This document shows, one piece after another, positions 53,569 through 62,616 of a DNA stretch of 64,000 bases (within the stretch, counting starts at the first letter, position 1; every line of letters begins with the position of its first letter). The notes below the pieces were generated by a model. It saw nothing but the letters and a program-made list of their open reading frames with translations. It was not told where the DNA came from and searched no databases. The DNA comes from Rubrivivax sp. (lineage in GTDB: Bacteria; Pseudomonadota; Gammaproteobacteria; Burkholderiales; Burkholderiaceae_C), in contig JAHBZS010000008.1 in the NCBI GenBank assembly GCA_019635285.1, forward strand, positions 80,557 to 144,556, read 5' to 3'. The position numbers were made by a program, and so were the translations under genes.

Positions 53569-54587
53569 TTGGTGCAGGCCTTGCGTCCGGCTTCCATGGC
53601 CGCGTAGAAGGCCGCCGAGTCACCGCCGGTTTCCTTGACGATCTGCGGATACACCGGCTCCATGGCCTTGCGCCAGGCGTCGCGCTGCTCCTGCGTGGCC
53701 ACCGGGGCCTGGCCGCCGGCCTGCGTCATCATGCCCCACAGCGTGTCCTCGAAGCCGCGCACCTCGGCGCGCATCTTCGGCGCCGGGTTGCGCTCGGCGG
53801 TACGGTCGAGTGCCTCGCGAAGCTCCTTGGGCAGCTTGTCGTAGGTGGCCTTGTTCATCAGGGTCAGGGCCGGCGAGTCGTAGGCCTTGACGCGCGAGCC
53901 CACCGTGGCCACTTTCGTCAGGCCCGACGGCAGGGCATAGGTGATGGTCGTCAGCACCACGTCGGCCATGCCGGTCTGGAAGGCCGGGATCCATTCCGGC
54001 AGGCCCAGCGGGTTGACGCTGGCGCCCATCGAGGTGAAGAACAGCGCCTGCGTCTTGTTGGCATAGATGGCGGCCTTGGCGCCCTTCAGGTCGGCGGGCG
54101 CCATGAACGGCTTCTTGCCGAACATGTCGATCGAGCCGACCTCGGTCCAGCCCAGGAACTGCACGCCCTTCTTGGCAAAAGCCTCGGCCACCGGCTTGGC
54201 CATGTGGTTGTCGAGCACGCAGTCGAATTCCGCGGTGTTGCGGAAGTAGAAGGGCATCAGCAGCAGCGCCACTTCGGGCACCACCAGCGCCGCCGAGCCG
54301 GCCGAGAAGCCGCCCAGGTCGATGCGGCCGCGAGCCACCTGCTGCACGGTGTCCTGCTCGCTGCCCAGCTGCGAGGCGAAGAAGGTCTGGATCTTCAGCG
54401 CGCCCTTGCTTTCTTCGTCGACGTCCTTGGCGAAGCGCTCGATCTGCATCACCCACGGGTTGCCCTTGGGCGGCGCGCCGCTGGTGTAGCGCAGCTCGAT
54501 CGGCTTGGGTTGCGCCAGTGCAGGCGCTTGCAGGAGCAGCAGCGATGCGCCCAGGGCCAGCGCGGACAGGATGGGGTTGGGTTTCAT
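53565..54587 (-). CDS. dctP: TRAP solute-binding protein, DctP family
   Basis: Signal peptide; SQLGSEQDTVQQVARGRID, LLMPFYF, DLKG, AFQTGMAD. ATG at 54587. Confidence 0.88.
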   Translation of the reverse strand: MKPNPILSALALGASLLLLQAPALAQPKPIELRYTSGAPPKGNPWVMQIERFAKDVDEESKGALKIQTFFASQLGSEQDTVQQVARGRIDLGGFSAGSAALVVPEVALLLMPFYFRNTAEFDCVLDNHMAKPVAEAFAKKGVQFLGWTEVGSIDMFGKKPFMAPADLKGAKAAIYANKTQALFFTSMGASVNPLGLPEWIPAFQTGMADVVLTTITYALPSGLTKVATVGSRVKAYDSPALTLMNKATYDKLPKELREALDRTAERNPAPKMRAEVRGFEDTLWGMMTQAGGQAPVATQEQRDAWRKAMEPVYPQIVKETGGDSAAFYAAMEAGRKACTK

Positions 54588-54730
54588 GCAACGGCCTCCG
54601 GCAACGTGAACAAGGGCAGCGCGTAATGCGTTGCCCTCGTACCGATGATGGGGTGGCGGCATGGGGGCGACCATCCAGATTGGCCCTAGTGCGTGCACTC
54701 CTGCACGGGCCGGCCTGATACCGTCGCGGC

Positions 54731-56020
54731 ATGACCCACCCAGACCTCGTCGACCCCTGGATCGGCGGCCCCGGCGCCAAGGGCTACCCGCATGCCGCCG
54801 CGCCGCTGCGCCGCTCGTCGATCGCCGCGCAGCACTGGAACGTGCTGCGCGGCGACCTGCCGCTGCCTGCGGCGGTGATCCGCCGGCGCGCGCTGCAGGG
54901 CAACCTGCAGTGGATGCAGCAGTACGCGCGCGCACAGGGCGTGGAGCTGGCGCCGCACGGCAAGACGCCGATGTCGCCGCAGATCTTCGCCGCGCAGCTG
55001 GCTGCCGGCGCCTGGGGCATCACCTTTGCCAACGTCACGCAGGCGCGGCTCGGCCTGCTGGCCGGCGTGTCGCGCGGCCTCATCGCCAACCAGGTGCTGG
55101 CTGCGGACGACCTGACGGCGATCGCCGCGCTGTTGCGCGAGCAGGCCGGCGCGCGGCTGTTGTTCCTGGTCGACTCGGAGGCGCAGCTCGAGCTGATCGA
55201 GGCCTGGTGGCGCGCCCAGCCGCAGCCGCCCGCGGCCTTCGAAGTGCTGCTGGAGCTGGGCCTGGACGGCGGCCGCACCGGCTGCCGCGGCCACGAGCCG
55301 GCGCTGGCGCTGGCGCGGGGCCTGCACGCCAGCCCGGCGGTGCAGCTGGCCGGCATCGAATGCTACGAAGGCCTGTGGGCCAAGGGCGACAGCGAGGCCG
55401 ACCGTGCCCTGGCGCAAAGGCTGATGCAGCGCGTGCAGGCGCTGGCGCAGCAGTGCGAGCGCGAGCAGCTCTTCGACACCGACGAGCTGTTGTTCAGCGC
55501 CGGCGGCTCGGCGATCTTCGACCTGGTGGCGCCCGGGCTCAAGCCGGCCCTGGCGCGGCCGACGCGCGGCCTGCTGCGCTCGGGTTGTTATGTCACGCAC
55601 GACCATGGCAGCTACAAGCGCTACATGGCGGCGATGGATGGGCGCCTGTCCTGCAGCCATGGACTGCAGGCCGCGCTGGAGGTCTGGACGCGGGTGCAGT
55701 CCTGCCCCGAGCCCGGCCTGGCCTTGCTGACGGCGGGCAAGCGCGACGTGTCCTACGACATCGAGATGCCGATCCCCGCGTGGTGGTTTGCGCCGGGGCA
55801 GGCTGCACCCGAGCCGGCGCCCGCCGACTGGAAGGTCAGCGCGATGAACGACCAGCATGCCTACCTGCGCTTCGACGCCGCGGCAGCACGCACGCCGCAG
55901 GTGGGCGAGCTGGTCGGGCTGGGCATCTCGCACCCATGCACCACCTTCGACAAGTGGCGCTGGATGGCCATCGTCGACGACGACTACGACGTGGTCGACG
56001 CCATCGTCACCTACTTCTGA
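54731..56020 (+). CDS. PLP fold-type III D-amino-acid deaminase/aldolase (DSD1/D-serine dehydratase-like)
   Basis: LAPHGKTPM (PLP lysine), GGRTGCR, LRSGCYVTHD, MNDQH, ISHPCTTFDKW. Confidence 0.85.
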   Translation: MTHPDLVDPWIGGPGAKGYPHAAAPLRRSSIAAQHWNVLRGDLPLPAAVIRRRALQGNLQWMQQYARAQGVELAPHGKTPMSPQIFAAQLAAGAWGITFANVTQARLGLLAGVSRGLIANQVLAADDLTAIAALLREQAGARLLFLVDSEAQLELIEAWWRAQPQPPAAFEVLLELGLDGGRTGCRGHEPALALARGLHASPAVQLAGIECYEGLWAKGDSEADRALAQRLMQRVQALAQQCEREQLFDTDELLFSAGGSAIFDLVAPGLKPALARPTRGLLRSGCYVTHDHGSYKRYMAAMDGRLSCSHGLQAALEVWTRVQSCPEPGLALLTAGKRDVSYDIEMPIPAWWFAPGQAAPEPAPADWKVSAMNDQHAYLRFDAAAARTPQVGELVGLGISHPCTTFDKWRWMAIVDDDYDVVDAIVTYF

Positions 56021-56026
56021 GCGCGC

Positions 56027-57016
56027 CTACATCTGCAGCACGATCTTGCCGGCGACCTGGCGCGCGGCCAGCGCACGGTAGGCCTCCCGGGCCTGCTCGA
56101 AGGCGAAGCGCGCGCCGATGGTCGGCCGGAACAGGCCCTGCGCGGCCAGCGCCTCGACCGCGCGGCGGTTCTCCTCGCCGCGTGCCGGGTCGCGGCGGCC
56201 GTATTCGCCGGCGCGCACGCCCACCACCGAGAAGCCCTTGATCAGCGCCAGGTTGCTGGGCAAGGTGGCGATGCGCCCGCCGGCAAAGCCGATGACCAGC
56301 AGGCGGCCGCCCCAGGCCATGCAGTGCACCGAGGCGTCGAACAGGTCGCCGCCCACGGGGTCGAAGACCACATCGGCGCCACGCCCGTCGGTCAGCCGCT
56401 TGACCTCGCCCGCCAGCCCGGCCGCACCCTCGTGCACCTGCAGCAAGTGGTCGGCACCGGCCGCATGCGCCGCCTGCAGCTTGTGCAGCGAGCTGGCGGT
56501 GGCGATGACGGTCGCGCCCAGGTGGTGGCCGAGCTGCACCGCGGCCACGCCGGTGCCGCCGCTGGCGCCGTGCACCAGCAGCGTCTCGCCGCGCTGCAGC
56601 GCGCCGCGCCGCACCAGCGCCACCCAGGCGGTCATCGCGGTGACGCCGTAGGCCGCGCCTTCGGCGTAGTCGAAGCCCGGCGGCACCGGGCGCAGCGCCG
56701 ACTCCGGGGCCACCAGATGCTCGGTGAAGGCGCCGCCATGGGCGTTGAAGCAGACGCGGTCGCCGGGCCGCCAGCGGCTGACCTGCGCGCCGACGGACTG
56801 CACCTCGCCGGCGCACTCCATGCCGGCGACAAAAGGCAACGGCGGCCTGTGCTGGTACTTGCCCTGGGTCATCAGCAGGTCGGGAAAGTTCAGCGCGGCG
56901 GCGCGCACGCGCAGCTGCACGTCCTGCGGGCCGAGCGCCGGCAGCGGCCAGTCGACCCGTTGCAGGCCCGACAGGTCGTCGCTCAGTTCGACGCAGGCCC
57001 AGGCTCGGTTCTTCAT
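56027..57016 (-). CDS. NADPH:quinone oxidoreductase (MDR/zeta-crystallin family)
   Basis: ALNFPDLL, VHGASGGTG, FDPVGG, IGFAGG, GKIVL. Confidence 0.9.
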   Translation of the reverse strand: MKNRAWACVELSDDLSGLQRVDWPLPALGPQDVQLRVRAAALNFPDLLMTQGKYQHRPPLPFVAGMECAGEVQSVGAQVSRWRPGDRVCFNAHGGAFTEHLVAPESALRPVPPGFDYAEGAAYGVTAMTAWVALVRRGALQRGETLLVHGASGGTGVAAVQLGHHLGATVIATASSLHKLQAAHAAGADHLLQVHEGAAGLAGEVKRLTDGRGADVVFDPVGGDLFDASVHCMAWGGRLLVIGFAGGRIATLPSNLALIKGFSVVGVRAGEYGRRDPARGEENRRAVEALAAQGLFRPTIGARFAFEQAREAYRALAARQVAGKIVLQM

Positions 57017-57063
57017 GCGCGCATTGGAACATCGGCAGTCGCTCTGCTAGGCTGCGCGCCGCA

Positions 57064-58506
57064 ATGACCCCGCAAACGCCCCGTTCCGCCCTGCCCGAAC
57101 AGGGTCGCGCCACCGCGGAGGTGCTGCAGCAACTGCGCGGCTACGACCGCGACGACCCGGCCTACAAGGACGGCCGGCTGTGGAGCCTGGTGTATTACCT
57201 CGACCCGGCGCACGACGACTTCCTGGCGCAGGCCTACCAGGCCTATGCCTCGGCCAACGGCCTGAACCCCGGCGCCTTCAAGAGCCTGAAGCGCTTCGAG
57301 AGCGAAATCATCGCCGCGGCTGCCCGGCTGCAGCATGGCGGGCCCGAGACCTGCGGCGTCGTCACCTCCGGCGGCACCGAAAGCTGCCTGCTGGCGGTGA
57401 AGACCTACCGCGACCTGGCCCGCGCCACGCGGCGCGTGCGCAGTCCGGAGATGATCGTGCCGGCCACCGCGCACGTCGCCTGGTTCAAGGCCAGCGAATA
57501 TTTCGGCGTCCGGCTGCGCCAGCTGCCGCTGGACGACCGGCTGCATGCCGATGTGTCCAAGCTGGAGGCGATGATCAACCGCCGCACGGTGATGATCCTG
57601 GGCTCGGCGCCCGAGTATCCGCACGGCAGCATCGACCCGATCGCGGCGATGGGCGAGATCGCGCAGCGCCATGGCGTGCCGCTGCACGTGGACGCCTGCG
57701 TCGGCGGCTTCATCCTGCCCTTCATGGAAATGAACGGCATCGCGCTGCCGACCTGGGACTACCGCGTGCCGGGGGTCACGTCGATCTCGGCCGACCTGCA
57801 CAAGTACGGCTTCGCGGCCAAAGGCGCGTCGACCCTCACCTACCGCCACCTGGAGCTGATGAAGCACCAGATGTTCGTGCAGGCCGACTGGCCCGGCGGC
57901 GTGTTCGCGTCGCCGGCGCTGCTGGGCACGCGGCCCGGCGGCGCCTATGCGGCGGCCTGGGCGGCGCTGCAGCATTTCGGCGTCGACGGCTACCGCGAGC
58001 TGGCGTCGCGCACCAGCCAGGCCTTCGAGCGCATGCGTGACGGCATCGAGCGCATGCCCGAGCTGCGCGTGCTGGGCGAGCCGCTCGGCCCGCTGCTGGC
58101 CTACGGCTCGGCGACGCCGGCCGTCAACATCTTCGCCGTCGGCGACCAGATGGATGCGCGGGGCTGGCTGGTCAACCGGCTGCAGTTCCCCGACGGGCTG
58201 CACGCGATGATCACCGCGCAGCACCTGCCGGTGGTCGACGACTACCTGCGCGACCTGCGCGACGCGGTGGCCACGGTGAAGGCCGACCCGAGCCTGGCCG
58301 ACAAGGGCCATGCCGCCACCTACGGCATGATGGCCCACCTGCCGCTGCGCGGCATGGTCCGACACAAGGTGCTGCAGCTGTTTGCCGACAGCTACCGCGC
58401 CGGCGCCGCGCCGCTGAGCCTGGACGCGCCGGACGGTGCGCACGCGCCGAAGCCGCTGCTCGAGCGTGTCGCCGCGCGCTACGTGGCTTGGCGCCAGCGG
58501 CGCTAG
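57064..58506 (+). CDS. Group II PLP enzyme, sphingosine-1-phosphate lyase-like
   Basis: GRLWSLVY, TSGGTES, PATAHVAW.KA, HVDACVGGF, SADLHKYG.A.KG.S, GTRPGG. Confidence 0.78.
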   Translation: MTPQTPRSALPEQGRATAEVLQQLRGYDRDDPAYKDGRLWSLVYYLDPAHDDFLAQAYQAYASANGLNPGAFKSLKRFESEIIAAAARLQHGGPETCGVVTSGGTESCLLAVKTYRDLARATRRVRSPEMIVPATAHVAWFKASEYFGVRLRQLPLDDRLHADVSKLEAMINRRTVMILGSAPEYPHGSIDPIAAMGEIAQRHGVPLHVDACVGGFILPFMEMNGIALPTWDYRVPGVTSISADLHKYGFAAKGASTLTYRHLELMKHQMFVQADWPGGVFASPALLGTRPGGAYAAAWAALQHFGVDGYRELASRTSQAFERMRDGIERMPELRVLGEPLGPLLAYGSATPAVNIFAVGDQMDARGWLVNRLQFPDGLHAMITAQHLPVVDDYLRDLRDAVATVKADPSLADKGHAATYGMMAHLPLRGMVRHKVLQLFADSYRAGAAPLSLDAPDGAHAPKPLLERVAARYVAWRQRR

Positions 58507-58510
58507 GGTC

Positions 58511-59239
58511 TCAGCCGCTGCACGTCTGCAGCGCACCGTCTGCATAGCGCGCCAGCTCGAACACCTCGGCATAGGGCGCGTCCAGCTCCAGCGCCGCGGC
58601 CGCGTCGCGGTTCAACTGCAGCACACGCGCATCGAAGCCGTGGCCGCGCGTGCGCAGGTTGCGCTGCTGCTGCGAGCGGTGATGGCGCAGCAGTTGGCCC
58701 TTCCAGCGCGCCAGCTCGTCGTCGAAGGCGGTGTACAGGTCGCGGCGCATCTGCAGCGTCTTGGCGTCCTGGTTCAGGCACGCCCACAGCGTCAGCCGTT
58801 CGCGGGCGGCCAGCGCATGGAAGCGCTCGTGCGTGCGGCGGTGCGTGGCATTGCTGTCGTTGCCGTGCGGCAGGAACACCAGCTGCGGTTGCACCGCCCG
58901 CAGGTGCGCGCGCAACCGCTCGTCGTCCTGGGCGGCGTCGGCGGCGTGCTGCCACAGGCGCAGGAACCGGCAGCGCTCGGCGGGCAGGCCGAAGAAGGCG
59001 CAGCTGGCCCGCTGCTCGGCTTCGCGCAGCGCCACCTTCTGCTCGGTGCCGGTCGCCCCCTCGAAGCCGTCGTCGACGCCGTTGGCCCCGCCGGTGAGCA
59101 CGGCCAGATGAAGTGCATGGCCCTGTTGCTGCAACTGCCGCAAGCTCACGCCGATGGCATCGAAGTCGTCCGGGTGGGGCGCCAGCACCAGCACCCGCAG
59201 GTGCTGCGGCCAAGGCGGATCGAGCAGCGACCGGGCCAT
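58511..59239 (-). CDS. PIG-L/LmbE-family deacetylase
   Basis: VLAPHPDD motif, R.AEQRASC..G. ATG at 59239. Confidence 0.8.
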   Translation of the reverse strand: MARSLLDPPWPQHLRVLVLAPHPDDFDAIGVSLRQLQQQGHALHLAVLTGGANGVDDGFEGATGTEQKVALREAEQRASCAFFGLPAERCRFLRLWQHAADAAQDDERLRAHLRAVQPQLVFLPHGNDSNATHRRTHERFHALAARERLTLWACLNQDAKTLQMRRDLYTAFDDELARWKGQLLRHHRSQQQRNLRTRGHGFDARVLQLNRDAAAALELDAPYAEVFELARYADGALQTCSG

Positions 59240-59302
59240 CGGGGTCAGGAGGCGGCGCGGCGCCGGCCGCGCCGCGCCCACGGTTTGGCCGGGCCGATCG
59301 AA

Positions 59303-59326
59303 GATAATGCCGAGCAAGCGCTTGCC
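59303..59326 (+). promoter_or_regulatory. TetR-type operator (KstR2-like) just downstream of a -10 candidate
   Basis: GATAAT at 59303-59308. AGCAAGCGCTTGCC (59313-59326) contains a perfect 12-bp palindrome and resembles AnCAAGnnCTTGnT. Confidence 0.6.
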
Positions 59327-59350
59327 AAAATTCAACCGGAGCCTGTGACC

Positions 59351-60514
59351 ATGATCGAACGCACGCTGTTCAATGCCGACCACGAAGCCTTCCGCGACAG
59401 CTTCGCGCGCTTCATCGACAAGGAGATCGCACCCTACCACGCCGAGTGGGAAGAGCAGGGCTACGTAGCCCGCGAGGTCTGGCGCAAGGCCGGCGCCAAC
59501 GGCTTCCTGTGCATGACCATGCCCGAGGCCTACGGCGGCGCCGCTGCCGACAAGCTGTATTCGGTGGCGCAGATGGAGCTGCTCAGCGCCGGCAGCTACA
59601 GCGGCATCGGCTTCGGCCTGCACAACGAGATCGTCGCGCCCTACATCCTGCATTACGGCACCGAGGCGCAGAAGCAGAAGTACCTGCCCAAGCTGGCCAG
59701 CGGCGAGATGGTCGGCGCGATCGCCATGAGCGAGCCCGCCGCCGGCTCCGACCTGCAAGGCGTGAAGAGCACGGCGATCCTCAAGGGCGACCACTACCTG
59801 CTCAACGGCAGCAAGACCTTCATCACCAACGGCTGGCATGCCGACCTGGTGATCGTGGTGGCCAAGACCAACCCCGACGCCGGCGCCAAGGGCACCAGCC
59901 TGCTGCTGGTGGAGCGCGGCATGCCCGGCTTCGAGCGCGGCAAGCGGCTGAAGAAGGTGGGGCTGAAGGCGCAGGACACCTCGGAGCTGTTCTTCGACGG
60001 CGTCAAGGTGCCGGCCGAGAACCTGCTGGGCGGTGCCGACCAGCTGAACCGAGGCTTCATCTGCCTGATGGAGCAGCTGCCGTGGGAGCGCATGCAGATC
60101 GCCATCGGCGCGGTGGCCAGCATGCAGGCGACGATCGAGCAGACCATCGCCTACGTCAACGAGCGCAAGGTCTTCGGCCAGGCCGTGGCCGCCTACCAGA
60201 ACACGCGCTGGAAGCTGGCCGAATTGCAGACCGAGGCGCAGGTGGCGCGCGTCTTCGTCGACAAGTGCCTGGAGCTGCTGCTGCAGGACAAGCTGGACAC
60301 GGCCACCGCGTCGATGGCCAAGTACTGGTGCTCGGACCTGCAGAACAAGGTCATCGACGAATGCGTGCAGCTGTTCGGCGGCTACGGCTACATGTGGGAG
60401 TACCCGGTGGCGCGCGCCTGGGCGGATGCGCGCGTGCAGCGCATCTACGGCGGCACCAACGAGATCATGAAGGAAGTCATCAGCCGCTCGCTCGGGCTGG
60501 GCGCGCGCAAGTGA
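59351..60514 (+). CDS. Acyl-CoA dehydrogenase (long-chain-like)
   Basis: AMSEPAAGSD, NGSKTFITNG, QLFGGYGY, IYGGTNEIMK. Confidence 0.95.
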   Translation: MIERTLFNADHEAFRDSFARFIDKEIAPYHAEWEEQGYVAREVWRKAGANGFLCMTMPEAYGGAAADKLYSVAQMELLSAGSYSGIGFGLHNEIVAPYILHYGTEAQKQKYLPKLASGEMVGAIAMSEPAAGSDLQGVKSTAILKGDHYLLNGSKTFITNGWHADLVIVVAKTNPDAGAKGTSLLLVERGMPGFERGKRLKKVGLKAQDTSELFFDGVKVPAENLLGGADQLNRGFICLMEQLPWERMQIAIGAVASMQATIEQTIAYVNERKVFGQAVAAYQNTRWKLAELQTEAQVARVFVDKCLELLLQDKLDTATASMAKYWCSDLQNKVIDECVQLFGGYGYMWEYPVARAWADARVQRIYGGTNEIMKEVISRSLGLGARK

Positions 60515-61164
60515 CCGAGGCCGCCGCGGCGGTACCGGCGCGGCGCCCGCGCGGCCGCCCGCGCAAGCCGCCCGAGGCGCAGGACGAGGGCAACCGCCGG
60601 CAGGAGCTGCTGCATGCCGCGGCGCGGCTGTTTCGCCAGAAGGGCTTTGCCGCCACCACCACGCGCGACATCGCCGCCGCGGCGGGCATGCGCTCGGGCT
60701 CGCCCTTCTATCACTTCGAGAACAAGGCGGCGCTGTTGTTCGCGGTGATGGAGCAGGGCATGCGCGCCGCGCTGCAGATCCAGGCCACCGCGCTGCAGGC
60801 CGTGCCGCCCGAAGCCGCGCCCGACGCGCGGCTGCGCACGCTGGTGCGCGCGCATTTCGACGTGCTGCTCGGCGCCGGCAGCGACTTCATTCCGGTGATG
60901 CTCTATGAATGGCGCTCGCTCAGCGCGGCACAGCGCGCCGGCATCGCCAGGCTGCAGCGCCAATACGAAGACGCCTGGGCCGACACGCTGCAGGCGCTGG
61001 CCGCTGCGGGGCGGGTGCAGGCCGACGCGCACATCGCGCGGCTGATGATGCTGGGTGCGCTGAACTGGTCGGTGCAGTGGTACAAGCCGAAGAAGGGCGC
61101 GTCGCTGGACGACTTGTGCGACCAGGCGATGCAGCTCTTCGCACCGCAAAGGAGACCTCGATGA
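60511..61164 (+). CDS. TetR-family regulator (KstR2/PaaR-like C-terminal domain)
   Basis: GTG start overlapping the ACAD stop. HTH LLHAAARLFRQKGFAATTTRDIAAAAGM..YHF; GALNW..QWY. Confidence 0.9.
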   Translation: MTEAAAAVPARRPRGRPRKPPEAQDEGNRRQELLHAAARLFRQKGFAATTTRDIAAAAGMRSGSPFYHFENKAALLFAVMEQGMRAALQIQATALQAVPPEAAPDARLRTLVRAHFDVLLGAGSDFIPVMLYEWRSLSAAQRAGIARLQRQYEDAWADTLQALAAAGRVQADAHIARLMMLGALNWSVQWYKPKKGASLDDLCDQAMQLFAPQRRPR

Positions 61165-61754
61165 ACGACCGTGCCACTTTCACCCGCATGGACCAGAGCA
61201 CCGCGCAGGACTGGGCGCTGATCGCCGGCGAGTTCCGGCCCTACAGCCAGCAGCTGCCGGACCGCATCCTGGCGCACCTGAAGCTGCTGGATGGCGACTA
61301 CGGCGGCTTCCCCATCGACCGCTACAGCCACTGCCTGCAGACCGCGACGCTGGCGCTGCGCGACGGCCGCGACGAGGAGTACGTGGTCTGCGCGCTGCTG
61401 CACGACATCGGCGACACGCTGGGCTGCTACAACCATCCGGACATCGCCGCGGCGATCCTCAAGCCCTTCGTCAGCGAAGACAACCTGTGGATGGTGCAGA
61501 ACCACGGCATCTTCCAGGGCTACAACTTTTTCCACCACCTGGGCATGAACCGCGACATGCGCGACATGTTCAAGGGCCACGCCTGCTACGCGCGCACCGA
61601 GGAATTCATCGCGCTGTACGACAACCCGGCCTTCGACGCCAAGGCCGAGACGCTGCCCATCGGCGAGTTCGAGCCGATGCTGCGGCGCGTGTTCGCGCAG
61701 CCGCGCAACACCATCTACAAGGCCGTGCTGGAAGAAGCGGGCGACGCCGTCTGA
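61161..61754 (+). CDS. HD-domain protein, PhnZ/TmpB-like metal-ligand pattern
   Basis: SHCLQTA, LLHDIG, YNHPD, QNHG, LYDNP. ATGA overlap with tetR. Confidence 0.8.
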   Translation: MNDRATFTRMDQSTAQDWALIAGEFRPYSQQLPDRILAHLKLLDGDYGGFPIDRYSHCLQTATLALRDGRDEEYVVCALLHDIGDTLGCYNHPDIAAAILKPFVSEDNLWMVQNHGIFQGYNFFHHLGMNRDMRDMFKGHACYARTEEFIALYDNPAFDAKAETLPIGEFEPMLRRVFAQPRNTIYKAVLEEAGDAV

Positions 61755-61770
61755 GCCGGGAACAACTTCT

Positions 61771-62607
61771 TCAGCCCAGGCGGATAGCCGCCGTGCCGGC
61801 GGTGGCCAGCGCCACCGCCGCCAGCACGCGGCGGTCCAGCGGCTCGCGCAGCACGAACACGGCGATCAGGGTGGCGAAGATGGCGCTGGTGTCGCGCAGC
61901 GCCGAGGCCAGCGCGATGGGCGCGCGCGACCAGACCCACAGGATCAGCCAGTACGACAGCAGCGCCATCGACGCCAGCAGCAGCGAACGCGGCCAGCGCG
62001 GCAGCAGCTCGGCCAGGCGCAGCCCGCCGCGGCGCTGCCAGGCGGTCCACAGCAAGGCGTTGGCTATGGCCAGTACGCAGCCGTAGGCCAGCGGTGAGCC
62101 CGAGCGGCGCACGCCCTGCGCGTCGCTGACCACGTATCCGGCGGTGAAGGCGGCACTGGCCAGGATCCAGCCCAGCGCCGCGCGCGACAGCGGGCGCGAC
62201 GTGCCTTGGCCCAGCGCCAGCATCAGCACCGCCGCGCTGACCAGCGCCACGCCCAGCAGCCCCAGCGGGCGCGGCCACTCGCCGGCCACGACGGCGGCCA
62301 GCGGCAGCACCAGCAGCACCGACGAAGCACGCGCCATCGGATAGACCGTGCCGAAGCCGCCGTGCTGGTAGGCGCGCAGCAGCGTGGCCACCGCGCCCAT
62401 GCTGAGCAGGCAGGACAGCGCCAGCCAGGGCCAGGCGGCGGCGGCCGGCAGGCCGGTCCACGCCAGCAAGGGAAGGGCCAGCAGCGCCGAGACCCCCATC
62501 TGCGCCGTCATGGCCAGCGGCGGGCGCGCGCTGGCCTTGACCGCGGCGTTCCAGCCGGCGTGCAGCGCCGCGCTGAGCAGTGCCGCCAGGACCGACAGGC
62601 CGTCCAT
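61771..62607 (-). CDS. DMT/EamA-family transporter
   Basis: ALHAGWNAAVK, VYPMARA, ASALRDTS; about 10 TM helices. Confidence 0.88.
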   Translation of the reverse strand: MDGLSVLAALLSAALHAGWNAAVKASARPPLAMTAQMGVSALLALPLLAWTGLPAAAAWPWLALSCLLSMGAVATLLRAYQHGGFGTVYPMARASSVLLVLPLAAVVAGEWPRPLGLLGVALVSAAVLMLALGQGTSRPLSRAALGWILASAAFTAGYVVSDAQGVRRSGSPLAYGCVLAIANALLWTAWQRRGGLRLAELLPRWPRSLLLASMALLSYWLILWVWSRAPIALASALRDTSAIFATLIAVFVLREPLDRRVLAAVALATAGTAAIRLG

Positions 62608-62616
62608 GCGCGCGGC

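Noticed and set aside
57064-58506. S1P lyase supplying phosphoethanolamine to EptA
   Set aside because: EptA uses phosphatidylethanolamine, not free phosphoethanolamine, and the genes are 45 kb apart.
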